Shown here in pieces: positions 36,079-46,083 of a stretch of 64,000 nt of DNA. Below the pieces are notes generated by a model that was not told the DNA's origin, did not search any database, and worked only from the letters and a program-made list of their open reading frames with translations. The first letter of the stretch is position 1. Every line of letters begins with the position of its first letter. The DNA is from an uncultured Gammaproteobacteria bacterium (GTDB taxonomy: Bacteria > Patescibacteriota > Microgenomatia > Levybacterales > UBA12049). A program made the translations under genes and the position numbers. The stretch is from contig CAYMJR010000003.1 of NCBI GenBank assembly GCA_964391315.1, forward strand, positions 542 to 64,541, read 5' to 3'.

Positions 36079-37461
36079 TTAGATTGTTGAAGAACCTCCC
36101 GTTGAACCCGATCCAGTCGGGTTGGGATCTGACGATACCCCGGGTTGAGCAGAAACGTTCGGAGCTGTGGGTGTTGCTGGATTGGGTTCCCACGAAAGTC
36201 CAAAACCTGTTGATTGAGGTTGTGGAGGTGGGGTTTGTGTTGGTGTCTGTGCTGGACCATTTACATTGAAGGGAGAAACTGGCGGCTCTTGTGGAGTTGG
36301 TGCTGGTGCTGGCTGAACTGGTACATCTGACATAGACTGGACTGTCTCTGGCTGTGTTTGCTGAGTTTGTGGAGCCGCAGTAGCATTCTTTTGTCCAACG
36401 AGAATTGTTTGTTCAACGAGTCGATTAGCATACCCATATTCATTGTCGTACCAGGCGATCACTTTCAACATGTTCCCTCCTACCACTTGAGTCAATGAAA
36501 GATCAGCAATACTTGAATGTGAATTACCGATAATATCACTTGAAACCAATGGATCATTTGAAACAGCTAAAATTCCCTTATAAACAGGATTCTCTGATTC
36601 TTCCGTTAGTGCTTTATTCACTTCTTCTACTGTTACTTCTCTTTTCAAAACGAAGGTAAAATCCGAAAGTGATCCAACTGGTACAGGAACTCTGATAGAT
36701 AGTCCACCAAAAATGCCTTTAAGAGGAGGAAATGCTTCTCCTGCTGCGATACTTGCTCCTGTTGAGGTAGGGACAATGTTTTGTGCTGCAGCACGTGCTC
36801 TGCGATAATCCTTATGTCCCCCATCATGCAACTTTTGATCAGATGTATAAGCATGGATTGTCGTCATCATTGCTTTATCAATACCAAACTTCTCATGAAT
36901 CACTTTTGCTACAGGAGTAATACAATTTGTCGTACAGGAAGCATTGTTGATCATTTGTTCTCCATGATACTGGGTATCATTAATTGAAATAACATAGGTT
37001 CCAACTCCCTCACCTTTTGCTGGTGCTGAAAGGATAACTGATTTTGCACCTGCGGTAAGATGTGTCTGCAGTTTTTCTGCTGTTGTGAAATGTCCTGTTG
37101 ATTCAATAACGACATCAACATTAAGATCCTTCCAAGGTAAAAGTGTCGGATCTTTTTGTGAGTAAATAGGAATCTCTTTCCCATTGAGAACCAAATGTCC
37201 CAAAAATGTCTTGTCATTTGGATCAGGATTAGGTTTAACATCTATTTCTGCAGGAAGCAATCCATATACGCTATCGTATTTAAGAAGATACATCCAACCT
37301 TTTAGGTCTGTTGAGGAGCCGGCATTGATCGCAACAACATCTATTTCATCACTATGCCACTGAAGAATCACGCGATGCGCCATTCGTCCAATTCTGCCAT
37401 AACCATTAATCGCAACCCGTACCATATTTTTAGTATATACCATTCTTTTTGGGAATGACAA
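36079..37461 (-). CDS. gap: Glyceraldehyde-3-phosphate dehydrogenase with about 115-aa Pro/Gln/Thr-rich C-terminal extension
   Basis: VAINGYGRIGR, catalytic SCTTN and WYDNEYGY are present. The ORF continues past the normal end through QTQQTQPETV...PAPAPTPQEPP...TPPPQPQ... to the stop at 36079. The true start may be Met13 (37425). Confidence 0.85.
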   Translation of the reverse strand: MSFPKRMVYTKNMVRVAINGYGRIGRMAHRVILQWHSDEIDVVAINAGSSTDLKGWMYLLKYDSVYGLLPAEIDVKPNPDPNDKTFLGHLVLNGKEIPIYSQKDPTLLPWKDLNVDVVIESTGHFTTAEKLQTHLTAGAKSVILSAPAKGEGVGTYVISINDTQYHGEQMINNASCTTNCITPVAKVIHEKFGIDKAMMTTIHAYTSDQKLHDGGHKDYRRARAAAQNIVPTSTGASIAAGEAFPPLKGIFGGLSIRVPVPVGSLSDFTFVLKREVTVEEVNKALTEESENPVYKGILAVSNDPLVSSDIIGNSHSSIADLSLTQVVGGNMLKVIAWYDNEYGYANRLVEQTILVGQKNATAAPQTQQTQPETVQSMSDVPVQPAPAPTPQEPPVSPFNVNGPAQTPTQTPPPQPQSTGFGLSWEPNPATPTAPNVSAQPGVSSDPNPTGSGSTGGSSTI

Positions 37462-37541
37462 GAGGATATCTTGTTAGTAAACTGTCCAGTATTTGTCTTG
37501 TAAGGTCTTCCCCTACTCGTTTATAATCAATTTTTATTGCT

Positions 37542-38846
37542 ATGGAAAACAACAATCCTTGGCTACGTGCCCAACAGCAAGTAACAAATGCTGCAAAAAA
37601 AATCTCCCTTGATGAACTTCTTTTGACAACAATTCTTGAACCTGAACGAACAATTAGTGTCTCACTCCCCTTTAAGAAAGATAATGGTGAAATCGTTACG
37701 ACAACAGGCTATCGCATTCAGCACTGCAGTATTCTTGGACCATACAAAGGTGGAATCCGCTACCATCAGGAGGTTTCGATGGACGAGATTAAGGCATTTT
37801 CAATCCTGATGACCATGAAAAATGCGGTGGCAAATATTCCACTTGGCGGCGGCAAAGGCGGTATTACGATTGATCCCAAAAAACTGTCTGAAAAGGAACT
37901 TGAAACGCTCACGAGACTTTTTACCAGACGTCTTGGCACGGCAATCGGTCCAACAATTGATGTCCCCGCTCCTGATGTCAATACTAATCCCAAAATCATG
38001 GGGTGGATCGTTGATGAATACACAAAAAGGTCAAAAGTCGAAAGTCAAAAGTCAAAAGTTAATCCACAAGCTGTCGTCACAGGTAAACCTCTGGATAAAG
38101 GGGGGTCCCAGGGTCGAAACGAAGCCACAGGACTTGGTGGAAGCTTTGTGCTGCTTCATCTTCTTAACAAACTGAAAAAAGATCCCAAAGATATGACAGT
38201 TGCAATCCAAGGATTTGGGAACGTTGGGAAGTTTGTTGCAAGCTTTTTACAAAAGGCAGGCTGCAAAATCGTGGCACTTTCTGACTCAAAAGGCGGCATA
38301 TATATCCCAGATGGTATCGGCGATATCGAGCAGGTTGAAAAATGTAAAAAAGAAAAAGGCTATCTCGCCGGTTGCTACTGCGTCGGCTCCGTCTGTGATA
38401 TTAAATATAAAGAACAAGTTCATGGACAAGACATCACTCCTGACGAGCTGCTTGAGCTTCCTGTTGATATTCTTATCCCTGCCGCTCTTGAAAACGTCAT
38501 CAATAAGAAAAACTCTGACAAAATCAAAGCGTCAATGATCCTTGAAATGGCCAACAGTCCAACGACACTTCAAGCAGATGAAACACTTACCAAACGAGGA
38601 GTCACCCTCATTCCTGATATTTTGGCAAATGCCGGTGGTGTTACTGTAAGTTATTACGAGTGGTACCAAAATATGCATAATGAAACATGGACAAAAGAGG
38701 AAGTCTTTGCTAAATTGAAAAAACAAATGGACGTTGCAACAGATGAGGTCGTTGAAGCAGCAAAAACGTACGATACAACGCTTCGCGAAGGAGCATACAT
38801 CGTTGCTTTAAAGAGACTAGAAAAGAAATTTAATCAATTAATCTAA
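37542..38846 (+). CDS. gdhA: Glutamate dehydrogenase (Glu/Leu/Phe/Val dehydrogenase family)
   Basis: 434-aa ORF with GGIRYH, catalytic-Lys motif PLGGGKGG and NAD(P) fold GFGNVG. Confidence 0.9.
   Translation: MENNNPWLRAQQQVTNAAKKISLDELLLTTILEPERTISVSLPFKKDNGEIVTTTGYRIQHCSILGPYKGGIRYHQEVSMDEIKAFSILMTMKNAVANIPLGGGKGGITIDPKKLSEKELETLTRLFTRRLGTAIGPTIDVPAPDVNTNPKIMGWIVDEYTKRSKVESQKSKVNPQAVVTGKPLDKGGSQGRNEATGLGGSFVLLHLLNKLKKDPKDMTVAIQGFGNVGKFVASFLQKAGCKIVALSDSKGGIYIPDGIGDIEQVEKCKKEKGYLAGCYCVGSVCDIKYKEQVHGQDITPDELLELPVDILIPAALENVINKKNSDKIKASMILEMANSPTTLQADETLTKRGVTLIPDILANAGGVTVSYYEWYQNMHNETWTKEEVFAKLKKQMDVATDEVVEAAKTYDTTLREGAYIVALKRLEKKFNQLI
38030..38059. repeat. Heptanucleotide tandem repeat (GTCRAAA x4) inside gdhA
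   Basis: Read directly: gtcaaaa gtcgaaa gtcaaaa gtcaaaa gt. It encodes ..RSKVESQKSKV.. in a loop that looks about 5 aa longer than I expect for this family. Confidence 0.8.
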
Positions 38847-39808
38847 TGACAGACGCTACCCTTACCCGTAATCTCGCTCTCGAATTTGTCCGTGTCACAG
38901 AAGCTGCAGCTATTGCTGCTAGTGAATGGATTGGCAGAGGTGACAAAATTGCAGCTGATCAGGCAGCAGTTGATGAGATGCGATCCCGCTTCAATCAGAT
39001 TGATTTCCAGGGAACTGTTGTTATCGGCGAAGGCGAAAAAGATGAAGCTCCTCTCCTTTACACAGGTGAAACGGTAGGAAAAGGAAAAACTCCAATTCTT
39101 GATCTTGCTATTGATCCACTTGAATGTACTGATAGTGTCGCACATGGCAGATATAATGCGATGACTGTTATCGCAGCAGGTGCAAAAGGATCGCTTTTTT
39201 CAGCACCTGACACCTATATGGAAAAAATCGCTGCCGGACCCCAAGCGGCAAACGTGATTGATATTGACGCTCCTGTTGCAACCAATATCGCCAAAGTTGC
39301 AAAAGCATTGGGCAAAGATAAACGAGAAATCACTGTCATGATTATTGATCGGGCACGGCATCAACCACTTATCGACGAGGTAAGGAAATCAGGCGCCCGC
39401 GTCAGACTGATCACTGATGGTGATGTGGCAGGAGCAATTGCACCAAGCATGGATGAGTCAGGAATTGATCTTTTGATGGGAGTTGGGGCAAGCGCCGAGG
39501 CAGTTCTTGCAGCAGTGGCAGTAAAAACCCTTGGTGGACAAATGTATGTACGGTTTGCTCCCCAAAAAGACGAACATACAAAACTACTTCAGAAAGCAGG
39601 CATCACGAACCTAAAAAAAATCTATGCAGTAGAAGATTTGGCAAAGGGACGTGAACTTACCTTCACTGCAACAGGTGTTATTGACGGTCCACTCCTTCGC
39701 GGTCTTGTGGTCAAAGGACACAAAATGATCACCCACTCTGTTGTTATCAGAGGTATCTCAGGAACAGTACGGTATATGACAACAGAGCATCACAATCACA
39801 AGCTATAA
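38846..39808 (+). CDS. glpX: Class II fructose-1,6-bisphosphatase (GlpX type)
   Basis: 320-aa ORF with LALEFVRVTEAAAIAASEWIGRGDK and GlpX-like sequence throughout. The ATG overlaps the gdhA stop. Confidence 0.85.
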   Translation: MTDATLTRNLALEFVRVTEAAAIAASEWIGRGDKIAADQAAVDEMRSRFNQIDFQGTVVIGEGEKDEAPLLYTGETVGKGKTPILDLAIDPLECTDSVAHGRYNAMTVIAAGAKGSLFSAPDTYMEKIAAGPQAANVIDIDAPVATNIAKVAKALGKDKREITVMIIDRARHQPLIDEVRKSGARVRLITDGDVAGAIAPSMDESGIDLLMGVGASAEAVLAAVAVKTLGGQMYVRFAPQKDEHTKLLQKAGITNLKKIYAVEDLAKGRELTFTATGVIDGPLLRGLVVKGHKMITHSVVIRGISGTVRYMTTEHHNHKL

Positions 39809-41002
39809 ATGGGTAAAGGAAAAATAACTTACATTGATGAAGCTAACATAACAAACAAACGTATCTTCCTTCGTGTAGATTTTGATGTCTCACTAAACGA
39901 TAACAACACTATTTCTGATGATATCCGGATCAGGCACAAACTCCCGACAATTAAGTACCTTCTGAAAAATCATAACCGGATTATTTGCTGTTCCAAGCTT
40001 GGCCGTCCCAAAGTACGTGATCCCAAACTTTCGATGAAAGTCGTTGTTGAGAGACTAAAAACGTATCTTCCTGAAATAAAAGTACGGTTGATTGATGATT
40101 TTCTCACGGAACCAAAAGAAACGTTTGAGAACCAAACAGAGAAAGAAATTTTTGTGCTTGAGAACATCAGATTTTACCCAGAAGAAAAGAATAACGATCC
40201 TGAGTTTGCAAAGAAACTTGCTTTCCTTGCCGATATCTACGTGAATGATGCATTTGCCATGTGCCACCGAACTGAAACAACGATGGTGACATTGCCAATG
40301 CTCCTCCCCTCTTTCGGAGGATTGGAACTTCGGGAAGAAATAGGAGCAATTGAAGAAGCGATCAAACATCCCAAACGTCCACTTGTCGCAATTATTGGTG
40401 GGGCAAAAATTTCAACCAAGATTAATCTGATTACCAAACTGATGGAACGGGCAGATTACGTCATTTTGGGCGGTGGACTCGCGAATGTTTTTTTCAGAGC
40501 ACAACGTTATAGTATTGGAAAAAGCATTTGTGAGTACGAAATGGTTCTCAAAGCACGACAACTGCTCTTCCTGGCAGCACAGAAAAAAACATCCATTATT
40601 TTGCCAACAGATGCACTTATCGGTGATCCAAAAGAGAAAGAAAAAAGTGGCAAATTGATAAAGATTGGCGACAAAATTCCATCATCTCTTTCCATCCTTG
40701 ATATTGGTCCTGAAACCAAGGCACAATTCGGCGCAATCATCGCTCAGGCGAAAACAATCATCTGGAATGGACCTGTAGGATTATTTGAAAACCCAGCATA
40801 CAGACAAGGAACAGATTTTATTTACTATGCCATTGCTCACAACTCTGACGCGGTATCAGTAGTCGGCGGTGGCGATACCTTAGCAGCAATTAACCATAAA
40901 AAATATTTGGATAAGATAACACATATCTCAACCGGCGGCGGCGCGATGTTGGAATTTATTGAAAAAGGCACCCTCCCCGCTATCGAAGTACTCAAGCATT
41001 AA
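39809..41002 (+). CDS. pgk: Phosphoglycerate kinase
   Basis: 397-aa ORF with RVDFDV, IIGGAKISTKI and STGGGAMLEF. Confidence 0.9.
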   Translation: MGKGKITYIDEANITNKRIFLRVDFDVSLNDNNTISDDIRIRHKLPTIKYLLKNHNRIICCSKLGRPKVRDPKLSMKVVVERLKTYLPEIKVRLIDDFLTEPKETFENQTEKEIFVLENIRFYPEEKNNDPEFAKKLAFLADIYVNDAFAMCHRTETTMVTLPMLLPSFGGLELREEIGAIEEAIKHPKRPLVAIIGGAKISTKINLITKLMERADYVILGGGLANVFFRAQRYSIGKSICEYEMVLKARQLLFLAAQKKTSIILPTDALIGDPKEKEKSGKLIKIGDKIPSSLSILDIGPETKAQFGAIIAQAKTIIWNGPVGLFENPAYRQGTDFIYYAIAHNSDAVSVVGGGDTLAAINHKKYLDKITHISTGGGAMLEFIEKGTLPAIEVLKH

Positions 41003-41669
41003 TTTCTGCCAATAATTTTTCTAACTTTGTTACATTCTCAATAATATACTTCACGCCTACTGTTTCCGCATCCTGTTTATTCATATTTCCTGATAATACA
41101 GCAACAGGCGTGACATAGGCATTGTGTGCCATCACGATGTCATTTTCTGAATCTCCTACACAAATTGTCTCCTCATGAGAAACCTTTGCCTGTTTTCTTA
41201 TTTCATCAATCATATAGCTGGAAGGTTTCCTGTCCTTTAGATCAGGTATATCATCAATACTCATCACGTATTTAAAATACTCTGTTACCCGAAACTCTTT
41301 GAGAAAATGATCAAGACTTACTCTCATCATGCCTGTAGCAAGAGCAAGCATATAGGATTTTACTAAAGAATCGAGCGTTTTTTTTGCACCATCAATAAGT
41401 CTAATCTTTGAGAAAAATAAATCAGTATCATGATAATATTGCTCGTAGGCCTTAACTGCATCGTTGACAAGTTCTGGATGTTCTTCAAGCAAATAAACCA
41501 ATTGTTGCCGATGTCCCTTTCCCCAATGGTCAAGAATCCGTTTTCTCTCTTCATCAAAAGGAAGGACAACACCTACGCTTTCGAGGGCTTTATGATAACA
41601 GGCAAAATACCCATCATTTGAACCAGTAATAATTACCCCATCAAAATCAAAAATAATGAGTTTAATCAT
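40992..41669 (-). CDS. HAD-IA family hydrolase (phosphatase)
   Basis: 225-aa ORF with IIFDFDGVI and a late VGDSENDI motif. It overlaps pgk by 11 nt, convergently. Confidence 0.7.
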   Translation of the reverse strand: MIKLIIFDFDGVIITGSNDGYFACYHKALESVGVVLPFDEERKRILDHWGKGHRQQLVYLLEEHPELVNDAVKAYEQYYHDTDLFFSKIRLIDGAKKTLDSLVKSYMLALATGMMRVSLDHFLKEFRVTEYFKYVMSIDDIPDLKDRKPSSYMIDEIRKQAKVSHEETICVGDSENDIVMAHNAYVTPVAVLSGNMNKQDAETVGVKYIIENVTKLEKLLAEINA

Positions 41670-42457
41670 ATGATGAGATAGGGTTTAACTAATTCCACCA
41701 ATTCTTGATGGACTAATCCATTGCTGACAATTGCTCCTTTAATCGGCTGGTCATACCTCTGTTCATTTCCCAAAAGATCTGTTACCTTCCCTCCCGCTTC
41801 TTCAATAATTACTTTGATTGCCGCAACATCATGAGCAGTTGGATAACCAAAAATGCTTCCTACCAGCCGCCCGGAAGCAACCATCACTGCCTCATAAGTA
41901 AAAGAATATGGTACATACGTCCAAAAACCTCGTGCACTTGCATCACGAATGAGCTCTCCGGCACGATAAAAGGGAGTTTTCTGACTATGAAGAGCAATAT
42001 ATTTACCCTCTAGCAACGTCTTCGTCTTATTAACTTCAATTTTTTTATCATTAAGAAAAGCTCCTACTCCACCTGTCGCATGATACAAACGTTTCATATA
42101 GGGATCATAGACTACTCCAACAATCGGTTTGCCGTTCTGTACAAGCGCCAGAGAAAATTGGTTTGTTGGAACACCAAGCATATAGGGAATTGTTCCATCA
42201 ATCGGGTCACACGCCCAAACATATTCTGCATTTTCTTTTTTATGACTCGCTTCTTCGCCATGGATCGCATGCTCGGGATAGTTCTGTTCTATTGCATCAA
42301 TCACCATCTGATTAATCTTTGTATCAGCAATCGTGACAGGAGTTCCATCGGCTTTGTCTTTTTTTTCGATTCCTATTTGAAAATGCTCAAGCATTATATC
42401 GCCTGCTTGATAAGCGAGTTTCGTGGCAAACGAGAGATATTCCTGAAGATCTGACAT
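41666..42457 (-). CDS. Inositol monophosphatase family protein
   Basis: 263-aa ORF with HGEE and WACDPIDGT motifs. Confidence 0.8.
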   Translation of the reverse strand: MSDLQEYLSFATKLAYQAGDIMLEHFQIGIEKKDKADGTPVTIADTKINQMVIDAIEQNYPEHAIHGEEASHKKENAEYVWACDPIDGTIPYMLGVPTNQFSLALVQNGKPIVGVVYDPYMKRLYHATGGVGAFLNDKKIEVNKTKTLLEGKYIALHSQKTPFYRAGELIRDASARGFWTYVPYSFTYEAVMVASGRLVGSIFGYPTAHDVAAIKVIIEEAGGKVTDLLGNEQRYDQPIKGAIVSNGLVHQELVELVKPYLII

Positions 42458-42474
42458 GAAATTATTCTAACACA

Positions 42475-43503
42475 CTAATCCGTAAACTCTTGGCTAAACA
42501 TTTTGCCATAGATCCCTCCATCAATGACACCGATGCCGATTTTTTTGAAGTGTGGATTGAGAATATTTGCACGGTGTCCTGGACTATTCATGAGTCCTTG
42601 CATGGCAAGGGGAGTACTTGGAGCGAGAGCAAGATTCTCCCCTGCATAGGTATATGTAATCCCCGCTTTATCCATCCTGTCAAATGGTGATTGTCCTTCA
42701 GGTGTGTAGTGTGAGAAATATCCTCTTTGGAACATATCCTGTGAGTGCGCACGTCCGACATTTCGCAATGCATTATCAAACGTAAGCGGCGCAACCCCAG
42801 CTTTTTCTCGCTCGTTATTCACATCTTTAAACATTTCCTGCTCTGCCTGTGCGTCAACCGTTCCATTTTGCGTTGAGAAATGAAGGCTGACTGTTTCGTT
42901 ACCTTCCGGCTTTACGGTAATAAAGTTGAGTGTTTCATCAAGTGCACCTCCAAAAATATCATTCAGACGATTTTCAAAAAATGAGGTGTTTGCGACTAAT
43001 TTTGAACCAACAGTAGAATTGGTCACCAATTGTTTAATAAGTGGTGATGAGGGCAAGGAAACGATAACTGTGAGCAGAAAAGAGAGAACGATAAAAGCTG
43101 ATATGATTCCTGGTATCAGGCCCAGCCAATGGTCGACCTTATGAAAAATTTTGCTTACGATATGGGTCGCTGGAAGCCGTGGGACAAACCTCAGTACTCG
43201 ACGAAAAAGCATTCCTAAGAGCAATTCTGAAAGGAAAGCAATCACTAAAAATGCAATTGCATTGGCAAAACCAATAGGAACGGAAAAAAAACTTATCAGC
43301 AATTTGGAGACAAACGGATATGCTTTTAGCGCAACAATAAAGGACAATACGAAACTAAGAAGATCCATAACAGCCAATGTAAAACCAAGCGTATATCCTT
43401 CATATGCATAAAAGAGAATCACCAAAATAACCAGAATATCCAAGAAACTTATGCCGTAGGTTGCAGGATTAAGAAATGATGCTAATGAAGCAAAATCAAA
43501 CAT
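42475..43503 (-). CDS. CvpA-like membrane domain fused to a CAP/SCP (YkwD-like) domain
   Basis: The N-terminal 170 aa have 4 TM helices of CvpA type. The C-terminal part has GYFSHYTPEG...GENLA...PGHRANILNP typical of the CAP/SCP superfamily. Confidence 0.65.
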   Translation of the reverse strand: MFDFASLASFLNPATYGISFLDILVILVILFYAYEGYTLGFTLAVMDLLSFVLSFIVALKAYPFVSKLLISFFSVPIGFANAIAFLVIAFLSELLLGMLFRRVLRFVPRLPATHIVSKIFHKVDHWLGLIPGIISAFIVLSFLLTVIVSLPSSPLIKQLVTNSTVGSKLVANTSFFENRLNDIFGGALDETLNFITVKPEGNETVSLHFSTQNGTVDAQAEQEMFKDVNNEREKAGVAPLTFDNALRNVGRAHSQDMFQRGYFSHYTPEGQSPFDRMDKAGITYTYAGENLALAPSTPLAMQGLMNSPGHRANILNPHFKKIGIGVIDGGIYGKMFSQEFTD

Positions 43504-43620
43504 ACTTCCATTATACAGTAATCAGTAAATAAGAAGCATAAAACATGGGTAAGAAAATTATTACTCTGTCCCAGACAAAATTTATTTGCTAAAATAAAAA
43601 AGCTACTCCTTCTTAGATCT

Positions 43621-45843
43621 ATGAATAAGCACTATATAAAGCTCGTTAAGAAAGCAAAACGTTTTACAAAAAAACGAGTATTTATTACCCTTGTTATTCC
43701 TGTTGTCTTCATGTTAGTGCTCTTTTGCCTTTTCTACAATTTCTGGCTCAGAGACTTGCCAAGCCCTGCGCGGTTGAGCGCCACTACCAGCTCCTACTCT
43801 ACGCAAATTTTTGACCGCAACGGCAAATTGCTCTATACACTCTACGGTGATCGCAACCAAACCTTTGTCCCTCTTGATAAAATCCCTCAAACACTTCAGG
43901 AAGCAACAACAGCGATTGAAGATAAGGACTTTTATCATCACGGCGCTGTCGATATCCGGGGAATTATCCGCGCACTTTTTGCCAATCTTGTCCATCAACA
44001 ATTCCAAGGAGGATCAACCCTTACCCAACAACTTGTTAAAAATAGTCTGTTGACACCGGAACGAACAATTCAGAGAAAAATAAAAGAAGTTGTCCTCTCT
44101 TTTGCTGTGGAATTGCTATATAACAAAAAACAAATTCTTGAGATGTATCTTAACCAAGTTCCCTATGGCGGTACTGCCTACGGCGTTGAAGCAGCAGCCC
44201 GGACATATTTTGGTAAACCAGTGGATAAATTATCCCTTGCTGAGCAAGCATTTCTGGCAGCACTCCCAGAAGCGCCAAGTACACTCTCTCCGTTTGGTTC
44301 ACATCCTGAACTTGGGATAGCTAGACAACAAGAAGTGCTTAAAAAAATGGCTGAACAAGGATATATAACAACTAAGCAACGTGATGACGCAATTAACGAA
44401 AAACTGCAATTTCAAAAAATTAGTAACCCGATTAAAGCTCCTCACTTTGTCTTTTATGTAAAAGATCTGCTTGTACAAAAATATGGAGAACAGATTGTTG
44501 AGCAAGGTGGTCTCAAAGTTATCACAAGCCTTGATCTTGACCTGCAGGATTATGCGCAGGCATCTGTTGAGGCAGAAGTTGAAAAAGTAAAATATATTCA
44601 CGTTGGCAATGGTGCGGCAATAATTACCAAACCGGGAACAGGTGAAATTCTGGCAATGGTTGGAGGGAAAAATTACTTTGGGGAACCAGAACCTGAGGGA
44701 TGCAAACCAGGAGTTAACTGTATCTTTGAACCAAATGTGAACGTAGCAATTGCTCATCGACAGCCTGGCTCATCAATCAAACCAATTAATTATGCTGTCG
44801 GACTTCTCAAAGGCTATACTGCAGCAACACCATTTATTGATGCACAGATTTGCTTCCCTGACCCTCCTCAACAGAGTTATTGTCCTCAAAATTATGATGG
44901 TAAATTCCACGGTATCGTCCAAATGCGAGAAGCCCTAGGTAACTCGTTTAATATTCCTGCAGTTGAAATGCTCAAGTTAAACGGTGTTGATGCGATGATT
45001 GCTACTGCCAGTGCCATGGGTATCACCAATTTAGAAAATGCAGATCATTATGGTCTTTCATTAACACTAGGCGGTGTTGAAGTTACTATGACAGATATGG
45101 CAACTGCTTATGGAGTATTTGCTAATCAAGGTTATCGCATTGATCTGCATCCAATTCTCAAAGTTACCGATAGCAAAGGTAAAGTGCTTGAAGAATACAA
45201 ACCACCAGAAAGTCCAATATTTGGCAAACGGGTACTGCCATCCGATGTCACCTTTATTATCTCTGACATCTTGGCAGACAATAAAGCACGCCTAACTGAG
45301 TTTGGACCAAGTTCATCACTTGTCGTTCCTAAGCAACATGTTTCTGCCAAAACTGGAACAACTAATGACTTCCGAGATAACTGGACAATTGGCTATACTC
45401 CTTCCTATCTCGTTGCCGTATGGGTTGGTAATAATGATAATTCTCCAATGTCTGGTATCGCATCAGGTATTACTGGGGCAGCTCCTATCTGGAATGACTT
45501 GATGAGCCATGTACTTGATGGGAAAAAACCTGAAATTCCACAAAAACCCCCAAATGTCTATGGAAAATATGTCTGTACATCACTTGTTGTCGATGGACAA
45601 GACGACAAGAATTGCCCAACGAGATTTGAGTACATTATCGCGGGAACTGAAACAAAAAATCAGGGTACGATCAAAAAAGAAGCAATCTGGGTAGACAAAG
45701 CAACAGGCGCTCAGGCTGCTCCGGGACAAACAGATAACGTCGAAGCAAAAGACGAAGATGTTATGACTGATTCATTTGGCAACAAATATTGTCTGTCTTG
45801 CGCTCATCCACAACCAAGTCTGAGCCCAACACCGACACCGTAA
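43621..45843 (+). CDS. Class A penicillin-binding protein (PBP1A; glycosyltransferase GT51 plus transpeptidase)
   Basis: 740-aa ORF with EDKDFYHHGAVD, GGSTLTQQLVKN, SSIKP (SxxK) and KTGTT. Confidence 0.9.
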   Translation: MNKHYIKLVKKAKRFTKKRVFITLVIPVVFMLVLFCLFYNFWLRDLPSPARLSATTSSYSTQIFDRNGKLLYTLYGDRNQTFVPLDKIPQTLQEATTAIEDKDFYHHGAVDIRGIIRALFANLVHQQFQGGSTLTQQLVKNSLLTPERTIQRKIKEVVLSFAVELLYNKKQILEMYLNQVPYGGTAYGVEAAARTYFGKPVDKLSLAEQAFLAALPEAPSTLSPFGSHPELGIARQQEVLKKMAEQGYITTKQRDDAINEKLQFQKISNPIKAPHFVFYVKDLLVQKYGEQIVEQGGLKVITSLDLDLQDYAQASVEAEVEKVKYIHVGNGAAIITKPGTGEILAMVGGKNYFGEPEPEGCKPGVNCIFEPNVNVAIAHRQPGSSIKPINYAVGLLKGYTAATPFIDAQICFPDPPQQSYCPQNYDGKFHGIVQMREALGNSFNIPAVEMLKLNGVDAMIATASAMGITNLENADHYGLSLTLGGVEVTMTDMATAYGVFANQGYRIDLHPILKVTDSKGKVLEEYKPPESPIFGKRVLPSDVTFIISDILADNKARLTEFGPSSSLVVPKQHVSAKTGTTNDFRDNWTIGYTPSYLVAVWVGNNDNSPMSGIASGITGAAPIWNDLMSHVLDGKKPEIPQKPPNVYGKYVCTSLVVDGQDDKNCPTRFEYIIAGTETKNQGTIKKEAIWVDKATGAQAAPGQTDNVEAKDEDVMTDSFGNKYCLSCAHPQPSLSPTPTP

Positions 45844-45850
45844 TAGTATT

Positions 45851-46003
45851 ATGACTGCGCAAAAAACACAAAACTTTCCTTATAAAACTGGTGATGAAGG
45901 CTATAACCGTCAATCAGGGAAAAAGACACTCGCCTTTGTCGGTATTTGCATCACTCTTGTCACCATCTTCTCCATCCTCGCAATTAGTAGTTTAGTCAAG
46001 TAA
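45851..46003 (+). CDS. Possible 50-aa tail-anchored membrane micro-protein
   Basis: Below the ORF-track cutoff. My translation: MTAQKTQNFPYKTGDEGYNRQSGKKTLAFVGICITLVTIFSILAISSLVK. It starts 8 nt after the PBP stop. Confidence 0.3.
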   Translation: MTAQKTQNFPYKTGDEGYNRQSGKKTLAFVGICITLVTIFSILAISSLVK

Positions 46004-46083
46004 GCAAAACTCCATCTTTTCAAGCATATTTAGCTTTTGTATAATCATCACGAGCCTGTCCCAAATTAGCCTTGTTTTTTGTT

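Noticed and set aside
36078-36260. A 61-codon N-terminal extension of the kinase-like ORF (35481..36260) overlaps the gap C-terminal tail.
   Set aside because: The P-loop domain begins right after the internal Met at 36077. The extension is a His/Gln-rich alternate-frame reading of the low-complexity gap tail.
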